From: Callorhinchus milii
Lineage: Eukaryota
DNA: 54,509 nt
Assembly (NCBI RefSeq): GCF_018977255.1
Contig: NW_024705320.1
Location: 1 to 54,509, forward strand
Reading direction: 5' to 3'
In this document: positions 36,301 through 49,821 of the stretch, piece by piece
Position numbering within the stretch: position 1 is the stretch's first letter
Layout of the letters: each line of letters opens with the position of its first letter
Program-made: the position numbers and the translations under genes
Notes under the pieces: generated by a model
The model's input: only the letters and a program-made list of their open reading frames with translations
Told to the model about the DNA's origin: nothing
Databases searched by the model: none

Positions 36301-39300
36301 TCGGGGGTGTGGCAATTAATTTTTAAGGCTTCGGAGCAACGCGACATATTGTAGCTGTGGCAGTCCTCGGCTGTACAATTCAGTGTTTTGGATAACTCGT
36401 GGCTTCGTCGCAACCCAACCCACGATCGGAATGATGTCACGTATCATGGTAGCATATATATACGCGTAGACACGTTGGTGTGGAGTATTCACTTAGGAAC
36501 TAACAGACAAATAATATCCCTACTATAGACATATACATCCAACTTCCAGATATATTTGTAGTATTTGAAACTCTGGCCGTAGAGACTTACCAGGCATAGA
36601 TGGCCGCAATGATTTCAAACGGACCATTACCGGCATCGACGCAGCCGCTGCTCCATTAGTTATCCAGGATGCTGGCCAATGCGGCGTATAGCTTCCCAGG
36701 CGTTTAAAGGTCGTAGAGTTCTGCGCCCAACTGTCTAGAGCACTCAGGACAGGGGTCAATTAAGGTTAAATACCCACTTAACAGCAAGCGTCTAAATAGA
36801 ACGGGTATGTGGAGCTCGATTATAAATAGTCACTGAGTTTACGCCACGCCAGAGTTGGCTCAAAGCCTCGCAGTCCAACATATGTACATTACTGTGCGAC
36901 CCTTGACGTTGTTGCCCTCAAAGCGTAGAATACCCCGACGGCAGGGTTATCTTGCAGGCGGAGAATAGGATGGACCTCTAAATTACAAAGTGGGCTCGCG
37001 TGTAAAAGGAGGTGAGGCCAGTACCTATTGCTACTGTTAACGTGTCCGGGGTCTTTTGGATAAGATGGTGAGGCGTCCCAAACTTGTTTTTCTAAGGCTT
37101 CGGAGGTTAGTGCATGAAGGAGCACATATCTCTAGAAAATGGCTTGGGCGCTGGTGACTGTCGAGTATAGAGTCTATGAGCCAAAATTCGGATTGCGTCT
37201 TAGAGTGCAAGCAGATCCCGTATGGGAAGAGGGTCTAATGCTTACAAGTCCGCGATCAACTGGAATTGAATTAAAGGATGCTAACCGAGAGGTTTAATGA
37301 AGGCTTTTAAAAGGTTGTTCTCGTAAGTGTACCTTACTAGGCGATAGAACACGGGTCTCGACAAGTGGAACTACTTATGTGCACCACAGTATCAAATTGG
37401 TATAATTTCCACAGAAAGTCCATAGGAGCCACATGGAGGCCCACTATTTCAAACACATTAAGCCCTACTTGTTCTCGGGTGTATTCCAGCAGCGCGGTTC
37501 CGAGCCCGAAGATGACTAGGCTATCATGTACAACCGGATACCGTGTTGACCAGATCATATTTAAAATACACACAAAGCAATACCCCATTGCTCTAAAATG
37601 CCGATTTTTCGACCGACAAAGCCCAACACAGCACGGCGCCATGAATAAGAGAATCATGATTGTTCCGTACGTACAACTCTAGATCTAGTTCATGAAACGG
37701 CTAGCATAAACACATGCCTGAGAGTGACGTTCTGAAGGAACTATCGGGTGTTGACCCACGATTCCGTGAAGCCTTCACTTTGCTTAGGAATACTGTCTGC
37801 CTCGGTCCATGGCTAGCACCACGAGTAGAGATCCCCAGCAATAACAGCTGTTAAGGAAGGCGTCGTACGCTAGCACAAGCTCCCCTAGGCCGCCGTTCGG
37901 AATGTCTGATTGCAAAACTACCTTCCGTCCGTATTACGAGGGGAATAAAAGATAGTGTAGCATTCCGTTGAATTCTTACGTATTTCACTCCAACGGTTGA
38001 AAAGTTCCGGCGACTGGTGGGAATGGCACATCACATGTACCAAGCACCCATACGATCAATTCTACGGTTCGTCGCTTTAAATAGACATGCACCCCAAGAA
38101 GCTAGTCAGTAAGGCTTCCGTCGTCCCAGCCTCGGGAAGGAGGATTGCATCTTATAGTCTTGTGGATTATCCGCAATACGTCCAGAGGAAAGCGGTAGCC
38201 TATATCGAATCTCTTCTCGAGGTGGACGCTTGCCGACAAATATGTTTGGGCGCGTTGCGTCCACAATTTTGAATCCCCCATGTTCGTCAGAGGCCTATTC
38301 GAGCCCGTGTGCATGCACATTGCTTCCAACAGAAAAGGAGCAAGAGGAGATGCCGTGTAGCGATTTCCCTTTTAGCGGTAGGATGGGCCTTTGCAATACG
38401 ACGGGTACAATTAACATGAATGCTGCTGTGTGATCTCAACACGTCCTAGAATCAATTACTTAGCAGGGGCAATTCTATTCCCATTCTTATTAACTATGCA
38501 TTAAGTCCGGCCCAAATAGGATACAACTACTGACTTTCTCGGGGCACCGAGATGAATCATAAGATTGCCATGGGAGTCGACCATGAAGAGCTGTACCGGG
38601 GGTGGCTAAGGTCCCACGTTGAAGTCAGGCAAAACAGGTCATCGCATTCGTGCAAACCGGTCATGTCATGCATCAAGTAAACAGGCTACGCGGTAACGAC
38701 TGTTCGTGAAGGCGTCACGTAACGCGCTTCGAGGAGGATCAAAGGACTAGCACGGGGGTTACCAAATACAAATGCGCTGCCGCCCTGCCAACAGCGACCC
38801 TGGCGGGTCCCTCAATACGTCCCGTGAAAATTGATCTCTTGAGGACCCGAGCGTACAGGTAATTAAGGAAAGATTCTGGGGCGACTGCCGCTAAGGGCAT
38901 CTGGTAGGACTGAAACAATTCAGATCGGAGTCACGGGTAAGGTCCCCTGAGGAGTGCAGGCATAAACTCGCGGACTATAGCCCAGAGATGGAAAGCTAGT
39001 TTACGACCGAATACTAGGAACCCAGGTCGATGCGTCGCAACGTGGGGATCGAGCTGCTTACAACTACATCTCACGGAAAAGTCTTAACGAGCTCCTGAGC
39101 AGAAGACGTTGTAGGTAAAGAAGTGTAATTGTACAAAAGGCAGTGATACACACTGACTAATCGCATTGACCGTGAAAAGATACAGCTGAGTTACCCGATC
39201 TCCGGAGGCACGCAGGTCGGTAGAAGTCTATAGGTGGACACGGGTTGACTATACGCGCGTATCCCTTGGCTTGTTTAAATGTCGTTGGGGCCATGAAGTA

Positions 39301-42300
39301 TGATCCCATTGTCATGTAACGTTAAGTGGCAGCCTTGACATGCGGGCGAACATGTTTACAAGAGCGACGTGGGGGGCCCGGGGCTACTATCGCTTCTGCC
39401 TCAACTAATAGCACGAGCACTGTCGTAGCGGTTAAATTTGGTGGTAACGGCTCTGAGCCAAAGAAACCTTCTAGATATAAATTCTATAAATAAAGCATTT
39501 CTTAGATACAGGCTTTAAGTTTCCGAATCCCTTTCGCCGCGAATGCAATTCGGATGCTAAACATCGTGCAGCTACTCATCATCAACGGCCATGTCAGTGA
39601 GTTCATTGGCTTAGACGCACAGAACACTTTACGGATTTTTCGTAAGACTAGCGAAGCCTAAGTGGGAACTGTCCCTCGACAGGTGTCGTGCAGCATTAGC
39701 TTTGCGTGCTGACGATTCTTCAAATTCACAGACGCATTGATATAGATTACAGTCTTTCTTCTGGAATAGAGCACATACAAACTAACAGTCTGCCGTATCA
39801 ATTCTGGTAAGACTAGACTAGTTTCCGAAGACTCGCTGAAACAGACGCCTCGTGACGTGCGGCCTACCCAACACAACGCCTAGCTAAACCCAATAATGCT
39901 CGGCCCAACTGACTAGAAGGTCTGTGACTTTAGTCTGTATCGGATGAATTATGACAGGGAAAGAGGCGTTCCTGGGCTCCTACTCATGGTGCAGTTAGCC
40001 GGCTTTCAGCCGTACCCCGGATCGGATCGCTAGCGAAGAAGTTCGCAGGAACGCTAGGTGTCTCTCGTAGGTAAACGCAGGAACATGATACACCCCAAAG
40101 GCTATAGGGCCTCTCACCGTCCCAAAAGTTACTACTATTGAACCTTCTGGCGCATTACATTGTCGGTTAGATTTATTGTGTCACAGGGGTCGACGTTAGT
40201 AGATGCGGAAAAAAACTTTCCTAGTGGGGGCTTGTCATCCCTTTCTGTAACGTGGTGCGTGCTCCCCGATGACGCAAGCTGTTACAAAAGGGGCCAAAAC
40301 TCATTAAACACGCAACTGTCATAGTGCAGCTAGACACGAAAGTAGCCCAACGCACCACCTGTCGTGTTGTTTGCGGACGATTCAATTTTGTCGAATTTGC
40401 CCATTTATGATAACAGTTCGGTCATCGCTTTACTGGACACCTACACGTTGAACTTCAGGGGCCCAGGAACCGATCGACTTTTCTCCGCGAAGTCATCCAC
40501 GGCCAGCTAATCCGTGCGGTTTCTGCCTACTCCATATTTCAGCTCACTAAAGTTGTACGCGGAGAGTCAAGTAGCCCATAAGGTGAAACGCCAATTGCGT
40601 CATCAGTCACAGAGACAGAATAAGCTGACTTATGAAATGACAGGAAGGATAGTTAGGGCAACGCACGTCCCCGATATTAAAGGTGGCGGCGCTCGGAACC
40701 AACATTATGAATTCTGGATAACTATCCCCTCACCAACCTCTAAGGAAATCGGAATTGCCTTAAGAAACGGTACCGGGTACACTGTAATCTGCCTGGAACC
40801 ACACACCTACCATCGCTGTAAACTGACGGTCGCGGCTAAAAATCATGTTCCAACTCCGATTTGCGACGCGCGCCGACAGGGTGGGATATAAACTTCAAAC
40901 AGGCAAGGGCTGATGGCATGGCTACGGCAGGAAAGGGATTGAATGCGGAGCTGTATTTACCCCTAGCATGATTGGTACAGGTACGCCTGTTGACGCACTA
41001 GGTATATCGTGCGTCCCTCGGTAATCCAGACCATATTGCGAGTGGTAAAGCGAATACGGGCGGGTTCCGGGGAACAATTGCGGCGGGAATGTTTCACTTC
41101 CGCTTAGGGCTGCCGCCTTAAACTGGCTCTCATCGGGTGCTTCCTCTGAAGTCCGCCATCCAGACTTCTCTTACCATACTAAACAGTCCTCAACTGAATA
41201 AGTAGATGCGTGTGAATACTCCACGGTAGTTGGTGTGCTAGGTGTGGGATGTGCTATTCTTTAGGTAACTAGCTCGATGAACCAACCGAGCAGGGATGCA
41301 ACCTCCTTCACAATAAAAGTCCCTGTTACAGGACATCAACCCCTCCACGCTGACTAGCTATCTAGTTCTTCCGACTCGTACTAATTACGACAGGTCGCAG
41401 TGAAAGACACGGATAACTTGCGTCCTTGGAGAGTGGGTACTTGCCCCGTGGTGCTCCAGTCTTCAATCACGAACGAACTGCAGTCACTCGAAACTAGGCT
41501 TGGCTTAAGATCGGACCGAATTGTAACGCGGATTGAAGCTGCTTTTCGGACGTAGGAACCAGGGGTACTCCTAGTCGGCGCCTGATGGGTGTAACCCAGA
41601 TATACCATTGCCGTCTAGTTCAGGACTATCGTAGAACACCAGTATTAAAAATAGCGCATTCGATGGTTATTTTTGTGGAGAGAAACCCTTCCCTAACCGT
41701 CTTACGACCTGTGAAACGATACCGCAAAAGGTGCAAGTTGGACTATCCCGCAATCCGGTCTAGATGTGTTTGTCCTTACCGAATTCTACAAACTACCTCA
41801 ATGGATTGGAGTGAAACATACCTACTAATTAGCGGTCACAACGGGCAGTTAATCAAACACGGTTCTAGCGGGTCCTAACATTAGTCTTAGCGGGCCCGGG
41901 CGAGGCGAGTCTAGTGGCATTCTGCGACGGCGCGGATTATCTGGTACGCCACAGTCTCCCGGGCGTATAGGCTATAGCTAAGGAAAATTAATGAAAGCGG
42001 AATTGGATACGTTCGCTTCACTGACATATCTGACCCTAAACGTAAGGAGACTTCTGGCTCTGCTTTCGACCTGATCCAGTATCGCTGTCGGAAGTGAAGG
42101 CCCTTTCTAGAGTCACCACAAACGTGTATGCATTAGGCGCTGTGCGCATTCTTACTCCAGAGACCGATATGAAGACTATCACAACTCTATTCAGGTTTGG
42201 CGAGTTGTCTACCTGACTTAAATTCCACGTACACCTGAAGCCCTGGCGCCTCGTGGTCACAGGTCAAGCCCCTCTACCTGGTTGCGAATGGAAGTATATG

Positions 42301-45300
42301 AGCATTCCACGACGTATATTCCGATAGACCCGAAGATATCAGATGAGAAGGATAAAATCTATATATTGGTGGGTCCGACTCCGTGCGGGTCCTGGGGCAC
42401 CCTTTATGTCAGTCCAGTATATAGCGTACTCTAAGAACGAGTTTAGAAAGCATGGCGAGCCTAGTTTTCGGAAGAACCTGGAGTTTGCTGGCGAATAGCG
42501 CTCCGCCACCATCAGCGCGGATGGAATTTTGACGGCATTCTCGGTCGGCACGACACATGTGTGTACGCCGTGTTAGTCGCCGCCCGGCGTGTATAGTCTA
42601 GTATCTTCGTCTTGGGCCCGCTGGAGAGGGATTGGCTCGCCTTGGCAAACGAGCGCGCCGACCGGTGGACGTTAGACGATCAGATCTAGTGGTCGCCGTC
42701 ATAGCGCCCATCTTCTAAGGGGGCTCATACTTTTGTACTGAGAGTGACCCATAACGTCATTCTGATTACCACTAATGTTTCGGAGGCTAGCTCAGCCCAA
42801 ATAAAACACCTTCTTCGATTATACGGGTGCGGTCCTAATCTGCTTCATTCTCCTTACCCTTACTGCATAGCCGGGGGCGTAGATCAGAGATCCATCATAG
42901 CAACGTCATGGAAATTGGGAATATTGGGTGTACTGGTACCTACAAGTCACTAAAGGTCCTATATCGATGAGCTCAATACGGACGTAGGATATAAGCCGGA
43001 ATACGGACGGAGCCGTAAGTACTGAAAGCCGCGGTTTTGATTAGCGAATCTGCTTTCGATGGATGCCGATCGAATTTCCATTTCGTCCTATCCACTCCCA
43101 CCGCTTATCTCATTTATATAAGCCCCAATAGTCCACGATGCGAAGTACGTAGTACGCAAAATGTATAAGGGCAATCCTCATTGCATTTAAATAAACGACA
43201 CTGGTGAAATACGCGAGATAGAGCCATCATAGGCATAGCATTCTGCATTTTCAGCCGTCTTTGTCTCTCCTTGAAAATGTGATGGCAGCCCACCATGAGA
43301 GGGTGGGAAGAACCATGTATATACTCGTGGAGGGTACAGGGCCGTGCTAATCGACAGGATGCTTGTGCGCTGATGTTAAGACGCAGTTTAACATAGGCAC
43401 ATTCATTCTGTGCTGGATGTAACTATGATTTGACGACAGGCTTATATACTACAAAGGGCGTCTGGTTTGTATGACAATAGCACACTCAAAGTGTGCGGCA
43501 TGAGTGGCGTGACACACGTACGGGTTATTGTTAGATGCCTGCCTTTACAAATGTGGAAATCGAATTCTGTATAAAAATCATTATTATTATTCGCTCTATG
43601 AAAAGGCATGCTATACGAGGCTGTTTGCGACGGCTGTGCTTTACGCCTGGCAGGAAGACAGCGAGTTTATAGCGCGACAATGACCGTACTGTCTCAAAAT
43701 AGCTAGTATTTCCGTACCTGATTATCAAGAGGTATGCTTTAACCCTTACAGATTGCAGACCATCTAAACTCTACTCAATTGACGCACTAACTCGGACCTA
43801 ACAAGATGGAACGATACGCCGTCAGGTCTAAATTTCAAACTCATCTTCTAACTCTCTGGGTGTAAGCTTCCTGGGCATCGCGTAAAAATTGTGCTAAGGA
43901 GCGACAATCAAACCCACGCGGGTCGCAAGCTTATTCTTTAGAGCCTGTACTCTGAAGGTACGGCGCAAGGACGGCATGACTTCAAAGAATCATTTGCTCA
44001 CAGCCTTAAAACTGCACAAACTAGCGAGTGGTCCCAAGGTACCAAACCAGATGGCTTGCCCTCGCTGTACTAACTGGATGACTCCGGGGGGAGTAGAATT
44101 TAAAGCCTATCATTAGCGATCTGATTACCGACGAAACGCGACCACATTAGATCGGCAATTAGAAGGTGGCTAAAGGTACATGAACTTGAGCGGAGAGCGG
44201 ATCTTCATTCTAAGCAGAGATTAGAACTATTGGCTGAACAACGTAACGAACCAAAGCCAAATACTCACCCACAACATGCGCGATTTGATCAATACGACCG
44301 TCATCTACTAATAGCAGTTCGAACAGCAGACGAGGGTCTTACGCGCTATTTCATCAAGCCCGGAGCCTGGCTCTGGGAGGGTACAATACCGAGCGCGCTA
44401 GTGAGCGTGATAAAGTCGGATGGTGATCGCACTATTGGGTGTGCGCTAAGTGGCCGTTTAATGCGATGTTCCCACGGGACCACAGATGTAACGAAATGAT
44501 TCCGGCTAGTACGGTTTTCTGGCTTGATTGTCACCATACTCACAAGGTACTCGTACGGTTATAGGTTCTCCGGGACAGATCTGGATCCCTACTGTACAAA
44601 GTCACCTTAATGAGATACACTGTGGTGCAGTGCTCCCGCCCTTTTGAAACGATCATACTATGGGCATGTGGTATGTACCGACAGAGTATTCTGAGCGTTG
44701 CAACGGCAGCCTAGCGTCTAGTCATCTCTTGCATATAAGTGCAGCTTCGTGCTCACTTGACAGAACCACTCTCTATCGCCCGTAAGATCTTCTTTAGCGG
44801 GTTCTCTCGCTTTTGCAATGTATATTATCTTGTGGCAGAAAGGAGTAAGACAAGATGCCAGGGTCTTGGCATATCGTTTATGAAATCTATTATCCTTCTG
44901 CGATTTAATGTGTTTCAGGACGGAGTGCCCCAATTAATTCGATCTCTCGTCCGGTACTTGATCGAATAGGCAGTTCGTCATGTTTAGGAGCTGCGCGGTG
45001 ACCTGATTGCTAAGCCCTGCTAACACAACTTACAAATGGATCTCTAAGTCGTTATGGTCCCACACAACAACCGATGTACTTCAGGGGCGCCCCAGGCGCT
45101 CGTTCCACAAGGCTACTTGCGTTGTGACAGCGCATTCGTACTGTACCAAAAATATGTCTAAATGTATGAGGGGTTTTTTCGCTCGTGAAGGTCCCTCAGC
45201 TATGTAAGGGGTTCAGGGAACAAACCAAAAGGCACTTCTCTCATAAATTGCATACCAAGGTTCATTAGCAGATAGTACTTAAGGACGCTTTAGACCCAAT

Positions 45301-45705
45301 CGTTAGGATCGTGTAATTAACCTCTAGAGTACATGCTGTTTGGATTTGTAAGTTAGACCCCAATTCGACAAAGCACTCGGAGAATGAACGAGCCCACCGA
45401 TCTCTGGTTGAACGTGGGCCTGCTCGCCTCCCTTAACCATGACGAACCGTGGACAATCACGGACTGTCATGATAAAGATCGATCGGTAGTGAAAGATCCG
45501 AGATAAGTTTCCGACCAGATATTTTTAATAACACCTGGCGCGTTTCTCCTACTTTTAGCCGCAACTGTTTGCCCCAGAACGGTGAGGGGCTGAGTGGTTG
45601 TAAGAGGTAGAGACAAACCTCCCTTTAAACACGCGTCGTCTATGCCCCGTTTGCAAAAGAGTGAACTCGCACGACGCACCCCCCTAAGCAATAGTATAGG
45701 TCGCA
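12318..45705. other. About 33.4 kb featureless, random-like block (probable filler, shuffled or synthetic sequence)
   Basis: By eye the base usage is even, with abundant CG, TA and CTAG. There are no microsatellites, SINEs or TE motifs. The longest ORF wholly inside is 132 aa and none is recognisable. It starts at the N gap and ends inside the head of a SINE. Confidence 0.85.
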
Positions 45706-46008
45706 GTGTACACAGGAAGTTGTGGATTTTATCCCGACCCTGATGCCTGCTGTATATTCGGAGTTTTTCATCTTTCTCTCTCCCCGTGGTCGCGTGGATT
45801 TTTCTCCGGGTCCGCCAGTTTTTTCCCGCCACCTTTAGAAACACACGTGTAAAGTGTTTGGCTGCTATACATTTCCACACGATGATGATGATAAGCCACT
45901 TCGTTGAGCTATTATTTGTGATAGCCATGGTCACTTCTGAAAAAGAGATACGACATAGCAGCTCAGTGGGGCCTTACCTGGTAAAATTAAAAGAATGTTT
46001 TAAAAATT
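45706..46008 (+). mobile_element. V-SINE-type SINE, copy 4, with its 5' head cut off by the random-like block
   Basis: CAGGAAGTTGTGGATT..ATCCCGACCCTGATGCCTGCTG...CTCTCTCCCCGTGGTCGCGTGGATTTTTCTCCGGGT...GGGCCTTACCTGGTAAAATTAAAAG aligns with 620-930 and 1865-2130. Confidence 0.85.
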
Positions 46009-47473
46009 CTTCTCAGATCCGACCTCCCCACCACCTCTGTGCACCCAGCAGTGTAAATGGGTCACTACAGTCCACTGGCAGGTCTTTTTACGTGGGATTT
46101 CATTTTGTCTGGCTGGTATGGAAGAGTAGGCCAAATGCCTCCAGTGGAGGTCCTTGTGCCTGAAGCGGTGTGAGAATGCAATTTGCAGGGCTGTGCCCCA
46201 TTGCGTTTTCTTTTAGGCCGAGCACGTGCCCTTGCATGCCAGATCCCCTAACCTGCTGTGTGGGAGCTGGTGTCCAGGCAATGGGGGAGGGCTGGGGCAG
46301 GGTCTCTCGGGCCCTGCTCATAGGCTGCCCTGTGTTAATCATTAGAGCTGAGGCCTTTATGTGGCCATCATGGCTTCTAATGGGCTAGGAACGTGAAAAC
46401 TTTGTAAGACAAAGTAGTTGGGCTGCGGTGATTAGCACGTTGAAGAATGTGATGTTACGTCCAGGATGTTTGCACGGTTTATCTTCAGCTCATGGCTTCC
46501 CCTCAGACTAAGGGACATTTAGGCCAGACAGCCCTTATTAACTTCTATTATGAATTCCTTGTCCGACTATCCATCAAACAAAGATGGTCACGTCAATGCG
46601 CAGCTCTTTCAGATGCGATTCCGCGGCGTCTGGAACGCTCTTTTGATATTAGGAAGCCACTGGAGCTATGCACTTTTAAATCATCATCTAGATTGAAAAA
46701 CTCATATCTTTAGAACTGCTTTTGTGTTTAGTTTGTGATCCTTCCCCCGCCACACTTCAGATTGGCATGGTTGGCTACGTACAGTACAAAAGACGTTCAG
46801 CATACATCCGTACAATCCCTTCACTTGTTTATAGGTCTTTTCACCTCAGCCTGAGTTAGGGATGCACTGTTCTGATTTTTCCACGATCGTCCCTTGTCTA
46901 CGAATTAGGTTCTAGGTTGTTTTCTCGTCAAGGTGACAACACCATAGCTACCCAACGATCCTTTACCTGGCTCAGGTCTTTCTTTAACTTGTTTTATTGA
47001 GCCTTAACATGGCCTAAGGCATTCCTTTAATTTTTCTAACCCAGCCTTAAGCGCCATTTACCTGTGAACCCTGAAACTTTGCCTTCCTTAACTTGCACTG
47101 TGGTGCCCTTTAATTTGAATTCAGGCATATTTATCTTTGGTTTCCCAAATGGCCTTCTAAGGGTTCCTTAGCCTAAGATTCACATCGATTCTTTTTAGAC
47201 TTGTTATTTTCATCTAAGGCTGCCTTCGCTTGAGAGCCCAATTACTGAACTCGGACTAACGTTCCTAACATATCAATACTGCCAGTGGTAGTGAACGCTG
47301 TTTTTTTAATATACTGTATTTCCACGTCTTTCTTTAGGCTAAGTTAAGTGAGATATATTGCGACGAACGCTGTAAATGTTTTAATCCACGTGCTGGTGCA
47401 CACGTAGAGAGCGTTAATGTATTAACGTGGCTTTTGTATTCGTTTCTGCTGGAAGCTACTGTCATTTTATATG

Positions 47474-47939
47474 CAATAGTCCCTCGGTTAACGGTGACTG
47501 TCGGTTAACGTTTTTTTGTGAATGTTTCGCCTCCCATAGGGACCCCCATGGTCTAGACCAGGGGTCGGCAACCTACGTCTCCGAAGCCGCATGCGGCTCT
47601 TTACAGGCTGCTTCTTGACGATATGTACGTATGTACAGTATGTGCTCAATGCATTGCGGCTCTTGAAATACTGAATTTTGTACGCGAATTGGAAAGAAAT
47701 GGCTCTTCTTGTTATTTTGGTTGCCGACCCCTGGTCTAGACTGACTTAACATGTTGACTAACGGTACCATGTTTATGTTATGCACGCAGTGGCGCCTATT
47801 TCAGCCAATCCGAGCACCCATAAGTGGGGCTGAGCCATGCCCTCAGCCAACGTCATTCCTGTACTCGATTAACATGGATTTCGGTTAACTTAGTTTTTTT
47901 CGTGAATGTATAAAAAAAACGTGAACTGAGGGACTACTG
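47474..47939. mobile_element. Tigger/pogo-like (Tc1-mariner) MITE
   Basis: TIRs CAATAGTCCCTCGGTTAACG (47474) and CGTGAACTGAGGGACTACTG (ends 47939). The right flank is TA and the left flank is TG. An internal subterminal repeat TCGGTTAAC...TTTTTT.GTGAATGT is present. Confidence 0.8.
47559..47733. mobile_element. hAT (Charlie-like) MITE, 175 bp, nested in the Tigger-like MITE
   Basis: Perfect 15-bp TIRs CAGGGGTCGGCAACC / GGTTGCCGACCCCTG and a perfect 8-bp TSD GTCTAGAC (47551-47558, 47734-47741). Confidence 0.95.
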
Positions 47940-48027
47940 TAATTTTTATATTTCCATTCGCTGCTATGATAGAATTAGCGCTTGCCACCAGGCCAAGTTA
48001 AACCATACGTAGGTATTGCCGGGTCTG

Positions 48028-48160
48028 CAGGATGGCGCAGTGGTCACCCTTGCGCCTCACAGGAAGAAGGGCCTAGGTTACATACGCAGGTGCCTTTCTC
48101 CATGTAGTTTGTTGCGTGTTCTCTCCTTGTTCTTATTTGGGTTCCCCCCCCCCCCCCGGA
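48028..48160 (+). mobile_element. Decayed tRNA-SINE/V-SINE-like fragment
   Basis: A-box-like TGGCGCAGTGG, then GCCTCACAG..AGAAGG..CTAGGTT and a V-core-like TAGTTTG..GCGTGTTCTCTCC..GT....GGGTTCC. Confidence 0.5.
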
Positions 48161-48289
48161 ATTACAATTGGGATTACACGTTACTCCCTACTGTGAAAAC
48201 TTGGCAGGATTCTCCTAAAATAAAATTATTTTGTGGGTAAATGAGCATCACAATAAAAACAATTGCGCAGCCTGGAATGATCATGTCTG

Positions 48290-48580
48290 CTGTCGTCCTT
48301 CCACGTCCTCCGGTTATTGCGGTTGGCTACGTACTGTGCGAAAGAAGTTCAATGTAACACATACATAGAGAGACCCATAGACTCACACAGACCCATACTT
48401 GATTGTTCTTTCCTCCGTGCCTCCGATTACCACGGTGCGAAAGAAGTTCAATGTAAATACGTATGTAGATTCCCACACAGAGGCCATAGACTCACACAAA
48501 GACCCATAGTGTGTTGTCTTTCCACAGCACCTCTGATTAGCGCGGTTGGCTATGTACGGTGCAAAAAGAGTTGAACATAC
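48290..48580 (+). repeat. Imperfect tandem repeats (2-3 units, ~100-125 bp) of the dispersed retroposon-tail-like sequence
   Basis: GTGCGAAAGAAGTTCAATGTAA at ~48336 and ~48435. CCATAGACTCACACA.AGACCCATA occurs twice. GCGGTTGGCTA.GTAC at 48319 and 48542. Confidence 0.75.
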
Positions 48581-48582
48581 AA

Positions 48583-49113
48583 TGTAATGAGCGACTTCCC
48601 GCGACACCTCGTATAGAGGATACTTATTTTAGTCATATACGGGCACAACACAGGACAACCCTATCTCTCACTGAGTACAACACTGGATGTTAGCGTCTCT
48701 ATGGGTTACACACACACGGCCGATCACTCGGCGTGGTTCCACCGTCCGCACTCTTTCACGCCGTTGGCTGGCGGCGTGCTGGGAATGGTGATGGAAGCCG
48801 CAGGAGATCTTCCACGTGGCCGGACGACGGAGAGAGATGACGGCGAGCAGCGATGCATTCGGACCCAAGACTCCACACACGAACCCTGAGTCCTCCTCTG
48901 CTACTTCTTATATCACCACAAGCCCGGCTAGGCTCTGCCTCTGGCCACGCCCTATTGTGGAAACTACGAGCGGGTTCCCGTAGTATCCTGGCCAGCCCTG
49001 CCCAATTACCTTTGGCCCAGATACCTCTCCCTTTTGGATTGGATGTTGTTTTAGCGGTGCCTGTACCCGTGCTTCTCCTTTTCTAACCAGCAGGTTGTCA
49101 TCATGTCATTACA
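48583..49113 (-). mobile_element. Probable solo LTR of a different family
   Basis: 531 bp bounded by 8-bp inverted ends TGTAATGA...TCATTACA. A TATA-like TATAAG lies on the minus strand (~48910). No matching TSD is seen. Confidence 0.55.
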
Positions 49114-49117
49114 CATG

Positions 49118-49819
49118 TGTAGTGGTGATACACGCTGGGTAAGGATCGTGTGCAGCGCGTAGTGATTGGCTGTGTGTGTTGGTGACGCGCGCTGACGGTG
49201 AAGGATCAGGGGTCAGCGCGGGGTCAGGGGTTATGAGGTGATTGGCTGGGTATCGTGACGCGCGCTGACAGCGATGGGATCCTGAGGCAGCGCGGGATTG
49301 GTCAACTAAGGGGATGCTCACGTCGAGGTCCGCATACGCTCCGTCTCCCGGGAGCGGAGGCTATATAAGGCGGTGCGCACAGGCGCACAGGGAGTTGTGA
49401 CCAGCGAAGACTGAAGAGGAGGAAGAGATAGGGCCCTGCGGCACCTAGTCCCGCTGTCCTTGTAAGGCCGGGGCCTGTGTGACCAGAGGCGGGACCCTGG
49501 GACCCGGGGCCGAACGTCCGTGTGAGGGCCGGCCCGCGGGACCCAGAGGTTGTGACCCACGCCCAAGCTGGGGTGGGCCTGAGGCTCCACGGACACTACG
49601 GGGCTGGAGGCTGTGAGCATGCAGTGTGAGTGTGTAGTGTGAGCCATAGTAACCACACGTGTCAAGTGGAGTGTGTAGTGAGAGAATAGTGACCACACGT
49701 GTCAAGTGAAGTGTGTAGTGTGAGGAATAGTGACCACACGTTGTATCGTGACAAGTCAAGGTTTAATAAAAAGTGTGCTACCCGTCAAGTGGTTTCCTGC
49801 CGTCATTCCGAATACTTCA
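49118..49819 (+). repeat. 5' LTR (702 bp)
   Basis: TGTAGTGG...ACTTCA, near-identical to 53541-54299. Contains three ATTGG (CCAAT) boxes, TATATAA at 49362-49368 and AATAAA at 49765-49770. Confidence 0.95.
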
Positions 49820-49821
49820 AC

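Noticed and set aside
12521..45207. Many 60-132 aa ORFs in the central block, for example 26843-27241 and 40514-40891
   Set aside because: They show no recognisable motifs, codon bias or operon/exon organisation, and their lengths match chance expectation.
12318..45705. Search for CRISPR-like or other repeat-spacer arrays, rRNA/tRNA genes and prophage or viral genes
   Set aside because: No recurring unit or recognisable gene was found by reading. A self dot-plot would be needed to exclude them formally.
46100..47300. Possible exon after ttttcttttag (46216) and a minus-strand KPKINMPEFKLKG peptide (~47110-47150)
   Set aside because: There is no DDR similarity, the frames are short and stop-interrupted, and the AHNAK-like look is limited to a few residues.
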